IMG/VR virus record: IMGVR_UViG_3300036943_000278
Coordinates: 1-45,227 of that record
Direction: 5' to 3' (one strand)
Length of the DNA stretch: 45,227 nucleotides
From: a virus
Lineage: Duplodnaviria > Caudoviricetes
Numbering within the stretch: the first letter of the stretch is position 1; each line of letters begins with the position of its first letter. The notes beneath the pieces are model-generated. The model was not told the DNA's origin. It searched no databases and saw only the letters and a list, made by a program, of their open reading frames with translations. The translations under genes were made by a program, and so were the position numbers. Positions 45,083 through 45,227 of this stretch are shown piece after piece.

Positions 45083-45227
45083 TTTTTTAATAGCACCCAA
45101 ACCCCCCCCTCTAAATATATCCCTATACAACAACACACCCCTACACAACCACACTAACACTATCCCACACCACCCGCGCCCCCAAAACCCCCCCGGTTGA
45201 CTATTGACTACTGACTACGTTGACTAG
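45083..45227. repeat. Terminal direct repeat, right copy
   Basis: Copy of 1-146; indicates a complete genome (physical DTR or circular overlap). Confidence 0.95.

Noticed and set aside
1-45227. tRNA genes, integrase/att site, diversity-generating retroelement, introns or inteins
   Set aside because: No cloverleaf, recombinase, reverse transcriptase, TR/VR pair or intervening sequence was recognised by eye; a tRNAscan/HMM run would be needed to exclude them fully.

Overview
The window appears to be a complete ~45.1 kb dsDNA tailed-phage genome with podovirus-like organisation and no recognisable integrase or RNA polymerase. It is bounded by a 145/146-bp terminal direct repeat. The + strand (1.25-26.8 kb) carries late genes: three signal-peptide proteins (one tail-fibre-like), TerS/TerL, portal, tail fibre, a lysis block (zincin, holin, secreted protein, M15 endolysin), scaffold, major capsid, tail proteins and internal virion proteins. 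The - strand (26.8-44.6 kb) carries early and replication genes: DUF1937, a DUF3987-type helicase, a UDG-fused family A DNA polymerase, a ParB-HTH-methyltransferase fusion, an NAD-dependent ligase, an SSB-like protein, a Sak4-like ATPase, a PD-(D/E)XK exonuclease, ribbon-helix-helix (RHH) proteins and many small ORFs. The most striking unexplained signal is a 15-19 bp palindrome, GCGTAATYYNRRATTACAC, found 8 times at or near gene junctions and spaced mostly 5.3-6.4 kb apart. The same genome encodes a ParB CTPase-HTH-DNA methyltransferase fusion, so this is a candidate parS-loaded sliding-clamp methylation system. Other highlights are a 15-bp long-range RNA pairing between the holin stop codon and the endolysin ribosome-binding site, and virion-like proteins with Sec signal peptides. 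All product calls come from motifs recognised by eye; no searches were run.
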